Positions 54,295 through 63,005 of a DNA stretch of 64,000 nt are shown here, in pieces (positions within the stretch are counted from its first letter, which is position 1; each line of letters begins with the position of its first letter). This DNA is from Limisphaerales bacterium (GTDB lineage: Bacteria > Verrucomicrobiota > Verrucomicrobiia > Limisphaerales > UBA11358). Both the position numbers and the translations under genes were made by a program. Location: positions 137,402-201,401 of the forward strand of contig PMOA01000053.1 in NCBI GenBank assembly GCA_003161635.1. The letters are read 5' to 3'. Under the pieces are notes generated by a model. The model was not told the origin of the DNA. It ran no database searches and was given only the letters and a program-made list of their open reading frames with translations.

Positions 54295-57200
54295 TCATTT
54301 TGTTCTGATTGGCACGGTCAGGCACACAATCGTTCCGCCCCCGGTTCCGGGGTTGATTGAAAATTCTCCGTGAATATCTTCCATTCGCTTGCGCATGTTG
54401 CGAAGTCCGTTTCTCGCCTGTGTCGCATTTGCGTCCCGACCACCCATGCCGCGCCCGTTGTCTTCAATGCTCAGCGCAAAATTGCCGGGCTGCAATTGCA
54501 ATCGCACCCGGACTTCGGACGCTTGCGCGTGTTTGACCACGTTGTTGACTGCTTCCTTGAAGGCGAGAAAAATGTTATGGCGGACTTCCGGTGGAATGGT
54601 GATCGCCGGCAGTTGGGCCGGCACCTCAGCGCGGTAACGCAATCCGGCCAGCGCGAGGTATTCCTGCGCGTATTTGCAGACGTAATTGGTCAAGCCTTCC
54701 AGCGTGTCGTTGGAAGGATTGACCGCCCAGACGATTTCGTCGAGGGAACGGGTCGTTTCGCGCGCGGTTTGGGAAATTTGTTGCGCGTGTGATTCAATTT
54801 CTGCCGGGGAATGCTTGTCGGCTTCCGCCATTTCGCTCAACAGCGCCACTTGCGTGAGATTCGCTCCGAGTTGATCGTGCAGGTCGCGGGCGATGCGGGA
54901 GCGTTCCTTTTCCAGCGCCTCCTGCTGTTCGAGCAATTGCAAACGGCGCCGCAGCTTTTGCGTGGAAAGATAACGCACCACGGCAACGACAGTTCCAACC
55001 AGGCACAGGATGACGGCGGCGCGAAACCACCACGTCTGCCAGAATTGAGGCTGCACCGTCACTTCAAGAGCATCGCCGGTTTCATTCCACACCCGGTCTT
55101 CATTGCAGGCAATGACGTGAAAACGATAATTTCCCGGCGGCAATTTGTTGTAATAAGCCACCCGCGTATCCCCGGCTTCAGTCCAGGCGGTCTCGTGGCC
55201 TTCCAAACGATATTTGAATTGCACTTCCCGGGGCGCGGGAAAATTCAGGGCGGTATAATGAATTTCCAATTGTTCGTGCCCGGGTGGAACCATGACGGAC
55301 TGACGCCACGCCGGGCTGAAGCGGTTTGTTTTTTGCTCCCGGCCCCCGACGAGCACGGATTCAATCATGACCAGGGGGGGCTGGCGATTGGGCTTGAGGT
55401 CCGCAGGGTTCACCGACACCAAACCTTTGGTGGTGGGGAACCATAATCGGCCATCGCGGGTCCGGCACGCAGCGGGTTGTGAACCGGCCGAACATTCGCG
55501 CGTCGGCAGTCCGTCGGTTTCGACATAAGTCCGGCACGAAATGAGGTTCGCCGTTCCATTGGGAAAATCGTTCAGCGATTGTTTTTGAATTCGCATCAAT
55601 CCCGCGTTGGAGCCAATCCATAAACAACCCGTGCCGTCTTCGATGATGTAATCAATGCTGTTGCTGGCGAGCCCGTTGTCGGTCGAATAACGGGTCCACT
55701 TTCCTTTGTAAAAGCGGGCCAGGCCGTGTCCGGAGGTTCCCACCCACAAGACGCCGTCCGGATCCAGGTAAAGACAGGAAATATCATTGCCGGGCAATCC
55801 GTTCCCCGTCGCTTGAAAAGAAATAAATTTCCCCGCCTTGAAAAAGTTCAAGCCTTGGCTCTCCGTTCCAATCCAAAGGTTTCCCTCCGCATCTTCCGCC
55901 AGGGCGCGAACGATATTTTCCGACAGACCGTCGCGCGTGGTGAAAAGTTTCCAATTGTTTCCGTCCCATCGCACCAGGCCGTTTTGCGCGCCGACCCACA
56001 ACTGCCCGGCGCGGTCTTCAAACAACGCGAAAATCTGGCCATTGAGGATTTCCGCGCCGAGCGCGCGTTGAAAATGGTTCGTCTGAAATTGAAAAAGCCC
56101 CTCGTCGCGCGTGCCGACCCAGACCTGTTGTTTGCCGTCCACAAGGACAGTCCACGCATTCGGATAACGGCCAATCGTTGCGAAATCCTGCGCGGAGTTT
56201 GTGATCCAGTAAGATGCGCCCGCGCCGTTGAACGCCATCCACAAGCCGCCTTGCGAATCTTCGGACACCGATTGCACAACGTCCGCGCGCGTCCCTTCCG
56301 GTGTTTGGAAATTTTTTCTTTTGACGCGGTTCAGCCCGCCGCCGTCAGTTCCGACCCACAAATTTCCTTCGCGATCCATGCACAAGGAAAGCACGTCTGA
56401 ACTCGAAAGCTCGCCGGCAATGCGGCGGCATTTTCCGTCCGCATCAAACCAAAAAACGCCCGCGCGCAAAGTGCCGACGATCAAATTTCCATTTTTATCT
56501 TCGCAGGCGGAAGAGACGGTCGCATTTGTCCATGGATACGGCCCGAAATCTTTTTCGAGCGCGGTGGCGTTCCATTTTTGAACGTGTCCGTTGATCAAAC
56601 GCCATGTGCCGCCGCGTTGGCTTGCCAAAATAAAATCGAGTCTTCGCGTCTGAATGCTTTGCTCAAGAATGACGGCGGGCGGATGAAAACCTTGCGGTTG
56701 TATGGCAAACAATTCGGAAAAAGGCATTCCCGACGGCGTCGCGGAATATTCGGCAATCCAAAGCGGCCCATTTTTTTCGGCGGCAATCATCCGGCAGACC
56801 ACCAGCGGGGGAAAATTAAAATTCAACACTTCCAGCTTCCTGTCCCGATAACGGCCCAGATGCGCGTCCGCCGTGTAAAACCAAATCGCGCCGCTCGCAT
56901 CTTCGCAAATTGAAGTCAGCCGCCCTTCGTGTCCACTGCGTCCGACGTGAAAATTTTGGATTTTGTCGTCATGCACCAGCGCCACACCCGCCGTGTCCGT
57001 TCCGATCCAAAGATTCGTGTGACTGTCTTCAAACAGGTAAACAATCCGGTCGCTGTTCAAATCGGGCGTATTGTATTCATTGAAAACGGTAAAATGATTT
57101 CCGTCAAAACGCACCAAGCCGTTGAGCGTTCCAAGCCAAAGATACCCCGCCCTGGTCTGAATCACCGAAATGACTGAGTTTTGCGGCAGCCCTTCTTTGG

Positions 57201-57327
57201 TGCTCCAAACATCCACAATGAACGGTGGATCGGACGGTTCCGCCGCGCCCGCCATCGCCGGACAAATGAAGGAAAAAACGCAAAGCAACAGCCATGCGAA
57301 TTGCAACTTCCAATGGTTCTTCGGCAT
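54295..57327 (-). CDS. sensor histidine kinase with periplasmic two-component-regulator propeller and Y_Y_Y domains
   Basis: Signal peptide and many (N)LW(I/V)GT...GL propeller repeats. TM segment WWFRAAVILCLVGTVVAVV, HisKA_3 H-box RIARDLHDQLG and HATPase_c. Confidence 0.9.
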   Translation of the reverse strand: MPKNHWKLQFAWLLLCVFSFICPAMAGAAEPSDPPFIVDVWSTKEGLPQNSVISVIQTRAGYLWLGTLNGLVRFDGNHFTVFNEYNTPDLNSDRIVYLFEDSHTNLWIGTDTAGVALVHDDKIQNFHVGRSGHEGRLTSICEDASGAIWFYTADAHLGRYRDRKLEVLNFNFPPLVVCRMIAAEKNGPLWIAEYSATPSGMPFSELFAIQPQGFHPPAVILEQSIQTRRLDFILASQRGGTWRLINGHVQKWNATALEKDFGPYPWTNATVSSACEDKNGNLIVGTLRAGVFWFDADGKCRRIAGELSSSDVLSLCMDREGNLWVGTDGGGLNRVKRKNFQTPEGTRADVVQSVSEDSQGGLWMAFNGAGASYWITNSAQDFATIGRYPNAWTVLVDGKQQVWVGTRDEGLFQFQTNHFQRALGAEILNGQIFALFEDRAGQLWVGAQNGLVRWDGNNWKLFTTRDGLSENIVRALAEDAEGNLWIGTESQGLNFFKAGKFISFQATGNGLPGNDISCLYLDPDGVLWVGTSGHGLARFYKGKWTRYSTDNGLASNSIDYIIEDGTGCLWIGSNAGLMRIQKQSLNDFPNGTANLISCRTYVETDGLPTRECSAGSQPAACRTRDGRLWFPTTKGLVSVNPADLKPNRQPPLVMIESVLVGGREQKTNRFSPAWRQSVMVPPGHEQLEIHYTALNFPAPREVQFKYRLEGHETAWTEAGDTRVAYYNKLPPGNYRFHVIACNEDRVWNETGDALEVTVQPQFWQTWWFRAAVILCLVGTVVAVVRYLSTQKLRRRLQLLEQQEALEKERSRIARDLHDQLGANLTQVALLSEMAEADKHSPAEIESHAQQISQTARETTRSLDEIVWAVNPSNDTLEGLTNYVCKYAQEYLALAGLRYRAEVPAQLPAITIPPEVRHNIFLAFKEAVNNVVKHAQASEVRVRLQLQPGNFALSIEDNGRGMGGRDANATQARNGLRNMRKRMEDIHGEFSINPGTGGGTIVCLTVPIRTK

Positions 57328-57709
57328 GTTTGATTGTTCGAATTATCCGAACCGGATGTAAAGATGTTAAAAAAAAGATACGAACCCAATCCTGAAGATG
57401 GAAATTATTTTTCCAAAATCACTTGCCAAGGTGTCGCGATGGGTTAGGTTTATCCTGCCCAATGAGAACTGGGCGCCTTGGCGGGTGTGGGCGATGTTAA
57501 CTCGTGTGTGATCGCCGCACCCGCCAACCTTTTTGGCTGGGATTCAAGCGGATGGTTCAAATCCCCCGCAGCTTTCATTCTAAAATAAAAATCTTACGGC
57601 CCGCGGGTCGTGGGATTTGCCCTCAAAAATCAGCGGCTCAATCGCTGACGGTGATCTTGCGCGGCTTTGCGCCACAATTTACGTTCGAGTTGCTTCTGGT
57701 TTTGAAAAC

Positions 57710-57739
57710 AAAAAAGCCCCAAGCTGGCAGCTTGGGGCT
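57710..57739 (-). terminator. intrinsic terminator after fba
   Basis: AGCCCCAAGCT-gcc-AGCTTGGGGCT followed by TTTTTT on the minus strand, 18 nt after the stop. Confidence 0.7.
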
Positions 57740-57756
57740 TGGTGAAAATCCGAGTT

Positions 57757-58719
57757 TTAGTCAAAGGCATGACCGGCGCAGCACAGAACATCTTTGACTT
57801 TGTGCCGGACCAAATCCTTGACGCAGGCACGCGCCGGACCAAGGTATTTGCGCGGATCGAATTCCTTTGGATTTTCCGAGAAAACCTTGCGGATGCCGGC
57901 GGTCATGGCCAGACGCAGGTCGGTGTCAATGTTGACCTTCGTGCAACCCACGCGCCGCGCGACTTCGATGTCGGCTTCCGGCACGCCCTGGGCATCGGGC
58001 ATCTTGCCGCCGTATTTGTTGATCTCGGCCACGAGATATTGCGGCACGCTGGAAGCACCGTGGAGCACCAGCGGGTAGTCGCCGAGATTGGCGTCCAGGA
58101 GCGCCTTTTTAATGGCCTTGAGGCGTTCGAGATCGAGGTGTTGTTCGCCTTTGAATTTATAGGCGCCATGGGAGTTGCCGATGGCGACGGCGAGCGAGTC
58201 CACGCCGGATTCCTTGACGAATTTGACGGCCTCTTCCGGGTTGGTGTAGTGGCCGCTCGTGGAATGGCCGCCGCCTTCCTCGCCTTCGTCAAATTGCGCG
58301 CCGACCAGGTGGCCGAGTTCGCCTTCAACGGAGCAGTTGTATTTGTGCGCGTAGTCCACGACTTTTTTGCAAATCTCGGTGTTCTTGTCGAACGGCTCGT
58401 GGCTGGCGTCAATCATCACGCTGGTGAAACCTTCATCAATGCACTGTTTGCACAGTTCGAAGGTGTCGCCATGGTCAAGGTGGACGGCGATGGGGACGTT
58501 GGACAGGCTGACCGCCGCCTCGATGAGTTTTTTGAGATAGACCGGGTTGGCATATTGGCGGGCGCCTTTGGAGATTTGGAGGATCAATGGTGCTTTTTCC
58601 TCTTCGCAGGCCTCAACGATGGCCTGGATGAGCTCCATATTGTTGACGTTGAACGCGCCGAGCGCGTATTTGCCCTTCAGCGCCTTTGCAAACAGCTCTT
58701 TGGTATGTGTCAGTGGCAT
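57757..58719 (-). CDS. fba: class II fructose-bisphosphate aldolase
   Basis: MPLTHTKELFAKALKGKYALGAFNVNNME...ILQIS.GA...VHLDHG...IDASH. ATG at 58719 lies inside the longer track ORF. Confidence 0.9.
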   Translation of the reverse strand: MPLTHTKELFAKALKGKYALGAFNVNNMELIQAIVEACEEEKAPLILQISKGARQYANPVYLKKLIEAAVSLSNVPIAVHLDHGDTFELCKQCIDEGFTSVMIDASHEPFDKNTEICKKVVDYAHKYNCSVEGELGHLVGAQFDEGEEGGGHSTSGHYTNPEEAVKFVKESGVDSLAVAIGNSHGAYKFKGEQHLDLERLKAIKKALLDANLGDYPLVLHGASSVPQYLVAEINKYGGKMPDAQGVPEADIEVARRVGCTKVNIDTDLRLAMTAGIRKVFSENPKEFDPRKYLGPARACVKDLVRHKVKDVLCCAGHAFD

Positions 58720-58894
58720 AGGTTTTCGATTTTGATCGTCGTTATCAACCAACCGGGATTTTCCCGACGGGAAGGAATAATAAAACGACTTTTCCAAAAA
58801 GAAACAAAAAACGCGGCCACCGACCAACCAACCTTTGCCAATTTTTGACAATAAATTGCTTTGCGATTGGGCGTCTTTGCGCGAAAAGAAGTCC

Positions 58895-61800
58895 GTGCAA
58901 GCGCATTTTCTCCTCGGTCCGGCCGGCAGCGGCAAGACGTTTCGCTGTCTCGCGGAAATCCGCCATGCATTGCACAAGTCGCCGGAAGGCCCACCGCTGG
59001 TTCTGCTCGCGCCCAAGCAGGCGACGTTTCAACTCGAACGCCAGTTGCTCGCCGATAGCGCTCCGCAAGGTTACACGCGCTTGAACATTTTTTCGTTCGA
59101 GCGGCTCGCGCGGTTTGTCCTGGACGCGCGCGGCGTCCCGATGCCATCGGGATTGCTCGCCGAGGAAGGCCGGGTGATGGTCTTGCGCGCCCTGTTGATG
59201 CGGCACGAAAGTGAATTGAAATTGTTTCGCCCAAGCGCACGCCGCCCTGGTTTTGCCCAACAACTCAGCCAGTTGCTCGGCGAACTGCAACAGCATCAAT
59301 TCACGCCCGCCAAACTTCGTTCATTGTCCCAGCGCACCGACTTGCGCCACGAACTTCAGGACAAGCTCCACGACCTTGCGCTGCTGCTCGACACCTACAC
59401 GCACTGGCTCGCCGAACACGAATTGCAGGACGGAAACCGATTGCTCGACGTGGCTGCTGAAGTTTTGCGCTCAACCTTCAACCTTCAACCTTCAACCTTC
59501 AACCTTGGCGGCCTGTGGCTCGACGGCTTTGCGGAAATGACGCCGCAGGAACTGGATTTGCTCGCCGCTGTCGTCCCGTTTTGCAGTCGCGCGACACTGG
59601 CGTTTTGCCTGGAAAACGAACCAGAAGCCGAAACTTCATGGCTCTCAATCTGGTCGCCCGTCGGCAAAACATTTCAACAGTGCCGCCAGCGAATCGCAAA
59701 TTTGCCGGACTGCAAAATTGAAACCGAACTGCTCAAACGCGACCGAAAACAAAATCGTTTTACCGACACTCCGGTTTTGCAACGCCTGGAAGCGCGCTGG
59801 CAAAGTGGCGTCGGCGTCCCGCCGGCAAAGACCCGCGCCGACGAGACGTCTGCGCTACATTCCATCCGCATCGCAGTTTGTTCAAACCCCGACGCCGAAG
59901 CAGCACGCGCCGCGCGCGAAATCCGGCGCTTCGTTCGTGGCGGCGGACGTTTTCGCGATGCCGCCGTGCTCGTGCGGAATCTCGACGGCTATCACAAGCC
60001 GTTGGCGCGTGTGTTTCGTCGCTACGGGATTCCGTTCTTTCTCGACCGGCGGGAATCTGTGGCGCATCACCCCCTGGCTGAACTGACCCGCAGCTCGCTC
60101 CGCACGGTCACGTTCGACTGGCCGCACGATGACTGGTTCGCCGCACTGAAGGCCGGTTTTTCGTTCGCGGATGAAGCGGAAACACCGCTCCGCGCGTGCG
60201 GAGTTGACCGGCTTGAAAATGAAGCACTCGCCCGTGGCTGGCACGGCGCAAAATGGCGAGAACCCCTTCAAATCGTGGAAAACCCCGAATTGTCCGAGTC
60301 CCTCGAACGGCTGCGCGAAATAATTTTGCCGCCCTTTCAAAATTTTGCCGTGCAACTCGCGCGTTGGAAAAACAAGCCGAACGGCGGGCAACTGACCAAC
60401 GCCCTGCGCGAGTTTTGGTCAGAGATGAAAGTCGAACAAACCTTGGAACGCTGGAGCCTGGCCGACCCGGAAAAATCGTCAATCGTCAATCGTCAATCGT
60501 CAATCCACCAGACCGTTTGGGAGCAAATGAACACGTGGCTCGACAACGTCGCCCTCGCGTTTTCGGACGAGGCGCTGCCGTTGCGCGAATGGCTGCCGAT
60601 TTTGGAAGCCGGCCTCGCGAACCTGACCGTCGGCGTGATTCCGCCCGCGCTTGATCAAGTGCTCATCGGCGCGATTGACCGCGCCCGCAGTCCCGATTTG
60701 AAACTGGCGCTCGTGCTCGGCGTGAACGAGACGATTTTTCCCGCCGCGCCGGCCGCGCCAACGATTTTGACGGACGCCGACCGTGATGAATTGAGTCAAC
60801 GCGCCGGCGCGCCCGGTCCCGATTTGCGCGAACGCCTGGCGCGCGAGCGTTATCTCGGCTACATCGCCTGCACGCGCGCCAGCGAAAAACTCGTCGTGAC
60901 TTTTTCGCGCCACGACGCAGACGGCAAAACGTTGAATCCATCGCCATTTATCGCACACTTGCGCCGGATTTTTCCCGGACTCGAAATTGAAGAATTCAGC
61001 GCGGATGCAGATTTGGGCGAAACCGAACACGTGAGCGAAATCGCACCGAGGCTGATCGAAATGCAGAATGCAGAATGCAGAATGCAGAATTGGTCGGAAT
61101 TGTTGCAGCTTCCGGCGTTGGTTGAATGGATGGAAAATCTGCGCGCATTGCGCGAGCCGGATTCGACGGAAAGTTTATCGCCCGCGCTCGCGGAAAAGCT
61201 TTTCGGCCCGACCCTGCACTCCTCGGTGAGCCGGTTGGAGGAGTTTGCCGCGTGCCCGTTCCGGTTTTTCGTTCATTCCGGGCTGCGCGCCGAGGAGCGG
61301 AAGGTTTTTGAGCTGGATGCGCGCGAGCAGGGCAGTTTTCAGCACGAGGTTTTGAAAATGTTCCACGAGCAATTAAGCGTCGAAAGCAAACGCTGGCGCG
61401 ACATCGCGCCGGCGGACGCCCGTGAACGCGTGGGCAAAATCGCCGCTGTTCTCGCGCTGAATTACCGCGACGGCCTGTTGCACACCGGCGAGCAAAGCCG
61501 GTTCACCGCGCGCGTGCTGGCGGAGTCGTTGCAGGATTTTGTCGAAACGCTCGTAACCTGGATGCGCGGACAATATGAATTTGACCCGGCGGTGGCCGAA
61601 CTCGAATTTGGTTTCGGCGCCGGCGGCGCGCCCGCGTGGGAAATTGATTTGGGCGCCGGACACAGGCTCGCGCTCCGGGGCCGGATTGACCGCATTGATT
61701 TGTGCCGTGAAACCGGCGACCGCGCGTTGTGCGTGGTGATGGATTACAAATCCGGCCAGCGAAAACTCGACAAAATTCTGGTCGAGCATGGCGTGCAATT

Positions 61801-62308
61801 GCAATTGCTGGCGTATCTGGCGGCCGTGCGTCATTGGGCGAATCCGCACGCGCTGTTTGGCGTGCAACAATTGATTCCAACCGGCGTCTTTTACGTGAAC
61901 CTGCGCGGGCAATATGAAAGTGGCGGCACACGCGACGAAGCGTTGGCGGACGCAGCCGGCGCGCGCAAACGTGCGTATCGTCATACCGGACGCTTTGACG
62001 CAAGCGCGTTATCCAGACTCGACCGCACAAACGCGGCGGATCAATTTAATTACAAGTTGAACAAGGATGGCGGCGTGCGGTCGAATTCGGTGGAAGCATT
62101 GCCACGCGCGGAATTTGAAGCATTGCTCGACCACGTTGGGGCACAGTTGAAGGAAATGGGGCGGGCGATTTTTTCCGGTGCGGCGCAGGTGGACCCGTAC
62201 CGTAAAAGTCGCGAAACGCCGTGTGAATTTTGCGATTATCGCGCCGTGTGCCGGATTGATCCGTGGACGCACCGGTATCGTGTGTTGCGCGCGGCGGATG
62301 CATTGTAG
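58895..62308 (+). CDS. addB: AddB-like helicase-nuclease subunit (inactive-helicase N-terminus, C-terminal PD-(D/E)XK nuclease with Fe-S cysteines)
   Basis: N-terminus (V)QAHFLLGPAGSGKT. C-terminus has VMDYKSG, QLQLLAYL and CEFCDYRAVC. Track start TTG at 58835; GTG at 58895 fits AddB N-termini better. No addA adjacent. Confidence 0.7.
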   Translation: MQAHFLLGPAGSGKTFRCLAEIRHALHKSPEGPPLVLLAPKQATFQLERQLLADSAPQGYTRLNIFSFERLARFVLDARGVPMPSGLLAEEGRVMVLRALLMRHESELKLFRPSARRPGFAQQLSQLLGELQQHQFTPAKLRSLSQRTDLRHELQDKLHDLALLLDTYTHWLAEHELQDGNRLLDVAAEVLRSTFNLQPSTFNLGGLWLDGFAEMTPQELDLLAAVVPFCSRATLAFCLENEPEAETSWLSIWSPVGKTFQQCRQRIANLPDCKIETELLKRDRKQNRFTDTPVLQRLEARWQSGVGVPPAKTRADETSALHSIRIAVCSNPDAEAARAAREIRRFVRGGGRFRDAAVLVRNLDGYHKPLARVFRRYGIPFFLDRRESVAHHPLAELTRSSLRTVTFDWPHDDWFAALKAGFSFADEAETPLRACGVDRLENEALARGWHGAKWREPLQIVENPELSESLERLREIILPPFQNFAVQLARWKNKPNGGQLTNALREFWSEMKVEQTLERWSLADPEKSSIVNRQSSIHQTVWEQMNTWLDNVALAFSDEALPLREWLPILEAGLANLTVGVIPPALDQVLIGAIDRARSPDLKLALVLGVNETIFPAAPAAPTILTDADRDELSQRAGAPGPDLRERLARERYLGYIACTRASEKLVVTFSRHDADGKTLNPSPFIAHLRRIFPGLEIEEFSADADLGETEHVSEIAPRLIEMQNAECRMQNWSELLQLPALVEWMENLRALREPDSTESLSPALAEKLFGPTLHSSVSRLEEFAACPFRFFVHSGLRAEERKVFELDAREQGSFQHEVLKMFHEQLSVESKRWRDIAPADARERVGKIAAVLALNYRDGLLHTGEQSRFTARVLAESLQDFVETLVTWMRGQYEFDPAVAELEFGFGAGGAPAWEIDLGAGHRLALRGRIDRIDLCRETGDRALCVVMDYKSGQRKLDKILVEHGVQLQLLAYLAAVRHWANPHALFGVQQLIPTGVFYVNLRGQYESGGTRDEALADAAGARKRAYRHTGRFDASALSRLDRTNAADQFNYKLNKDGGVRSNSVEALPRAEFEALLDHVGAQLKEMGRAIFSGAAQVDPYRKSRETPCEFCDYRAVCRIDPWTHRYRVLRAADAL
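59471..59499 (+). repeat. heptanucleotide tandem repeat (TCAACCT)x4 inside addB
   Basis: Read directly. Encodes STFNLQPSTFNL. Confidence 0.95.
60474..60505 (+). repeat. heptanucleotide tandem repeat (AATCGTC)x4.5 inside addB
   Basis: Read directly. Encodes SSIVNRQSSI. Confidence 0.95.
61061..61090 (+). repeat. heptanucleotide tandem repeat (ATGCAGA)x4 inside addB
   Basis: Read directly. Encodes MQNAECRMQN. Confidence 0.95.
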
Positions 62309-62372
62309 CGGCGGTCTGTGACCGCCGCATTAAAACGGCGACGCTCATGGAGCGCTGCTACAAATTTGAACG

Positions 62373-62924
62373 ATGAAAAGGATGTTTTATCCATGCGCGC
62401 TGGCCTCGGCGATGCTCGTTGCAGGCTGCAATGCCTCGCCGACGAACAACACCGCGGCCCTGCCTGAAACCGCCAACTCAACCACAAATCAAACCATGAC
62501 ATTTCCAGTCACCAAAACCGACGCGGAATGGCGCCAGGAATTGACGCCGGAACAATATCGTGTGCTGCGTCAAGCCGACACGGAGCGGCCATTTACAGGT
62601 CTTTATTGGAACACCAAAGAGCCGGGGGTTTATCGCTGTGCGGCGTGCAAACAAGTCTTGTTCACTTCAAAGGACAAGTTTGATTCCGGTTGCGGCTGGC
62701 CGAGTTTTTCCGATCTGGCGTCGGCGAAGACGGTGATTTTACGCAACGATGACAGCCTCGGGATGCGCCGCACGGAAGTGATCTGCGCGCATTGCGGCAG
62801 CCATCTCGGCCACCTTTTCGACGACGGCCCGAAACCGACCGGCCTGCGCTATTGCATCAACTCGGCGTCGCTGAACTTTGAAAAAACCAATCCGCCACCG
62901 CCGAACCCGGAGGAGAAAAAGTAA
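62373..62924 (+). CDS. msrB: peptide-methionine (R)-S-oxide reductase, lipoprotein/secreted form
   Basis: Lipobox-like LVAGC, then [15 protein letters not shown]...CAACKQ...GCGWPSF...[16 protein letters not shown]...RYCINS. Confidence 0.9.
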   Translation: MKRMFYPCALASAMLVAGCNASPTNNTAALPETANSTTNQTMTFPVTKTDAEWRQELTPEQYRVLRQADTERPFTGLYWNTKEPGVYRCAACKQVLFTSKDKFDSGCGWPSFSDLASAKTVILRNDDSLGMRRTEVICAHCGSHLGHLFDDGPKPTGLRYCINSASLNFEKTNPPPPNPEEKK

Positions 62925-62935
62925 CGTCCGGGCTC

Positions 62936-62988
62936 GAGTTCAGGCTTCAGCCGGCATCGGGTAAAGCAACAGGCTGAAGCTTGAACTC
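62936..62988. terminator. 17-bp hairpin between convergent msrB and recQ (bidirectional terminator candidate)
   Basis: GAGTTCAGGCTTCAGCC ... GGCTGAAGCTTGAACTC, with one G-T position. Confidence 0.55.
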
Positions 62989-63005
62989 CCACTTTGCGCC
63001 GGTTG

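Noticed and set aside
57560-57600. tRNA/tmRNA-like T-loop (GGTTCAAATCC)
   Set aside because: The flanking bases do not form a 5-bp T stem, there is no acceptor stem or CCA, and no tag-like ORF is present.
57739-58848. 369-aa plus-strand ORF
   Set aside because: It is antisense to class II fba, which has unmistakable motifs.
59471-61090. Heptad tracts as a CRISPR array or retron-type repeats
   Set aside because: The units are 7 nt and contiguous with no spacers, they lie inside an intact CDS, and no cas or RT genes are in the window.
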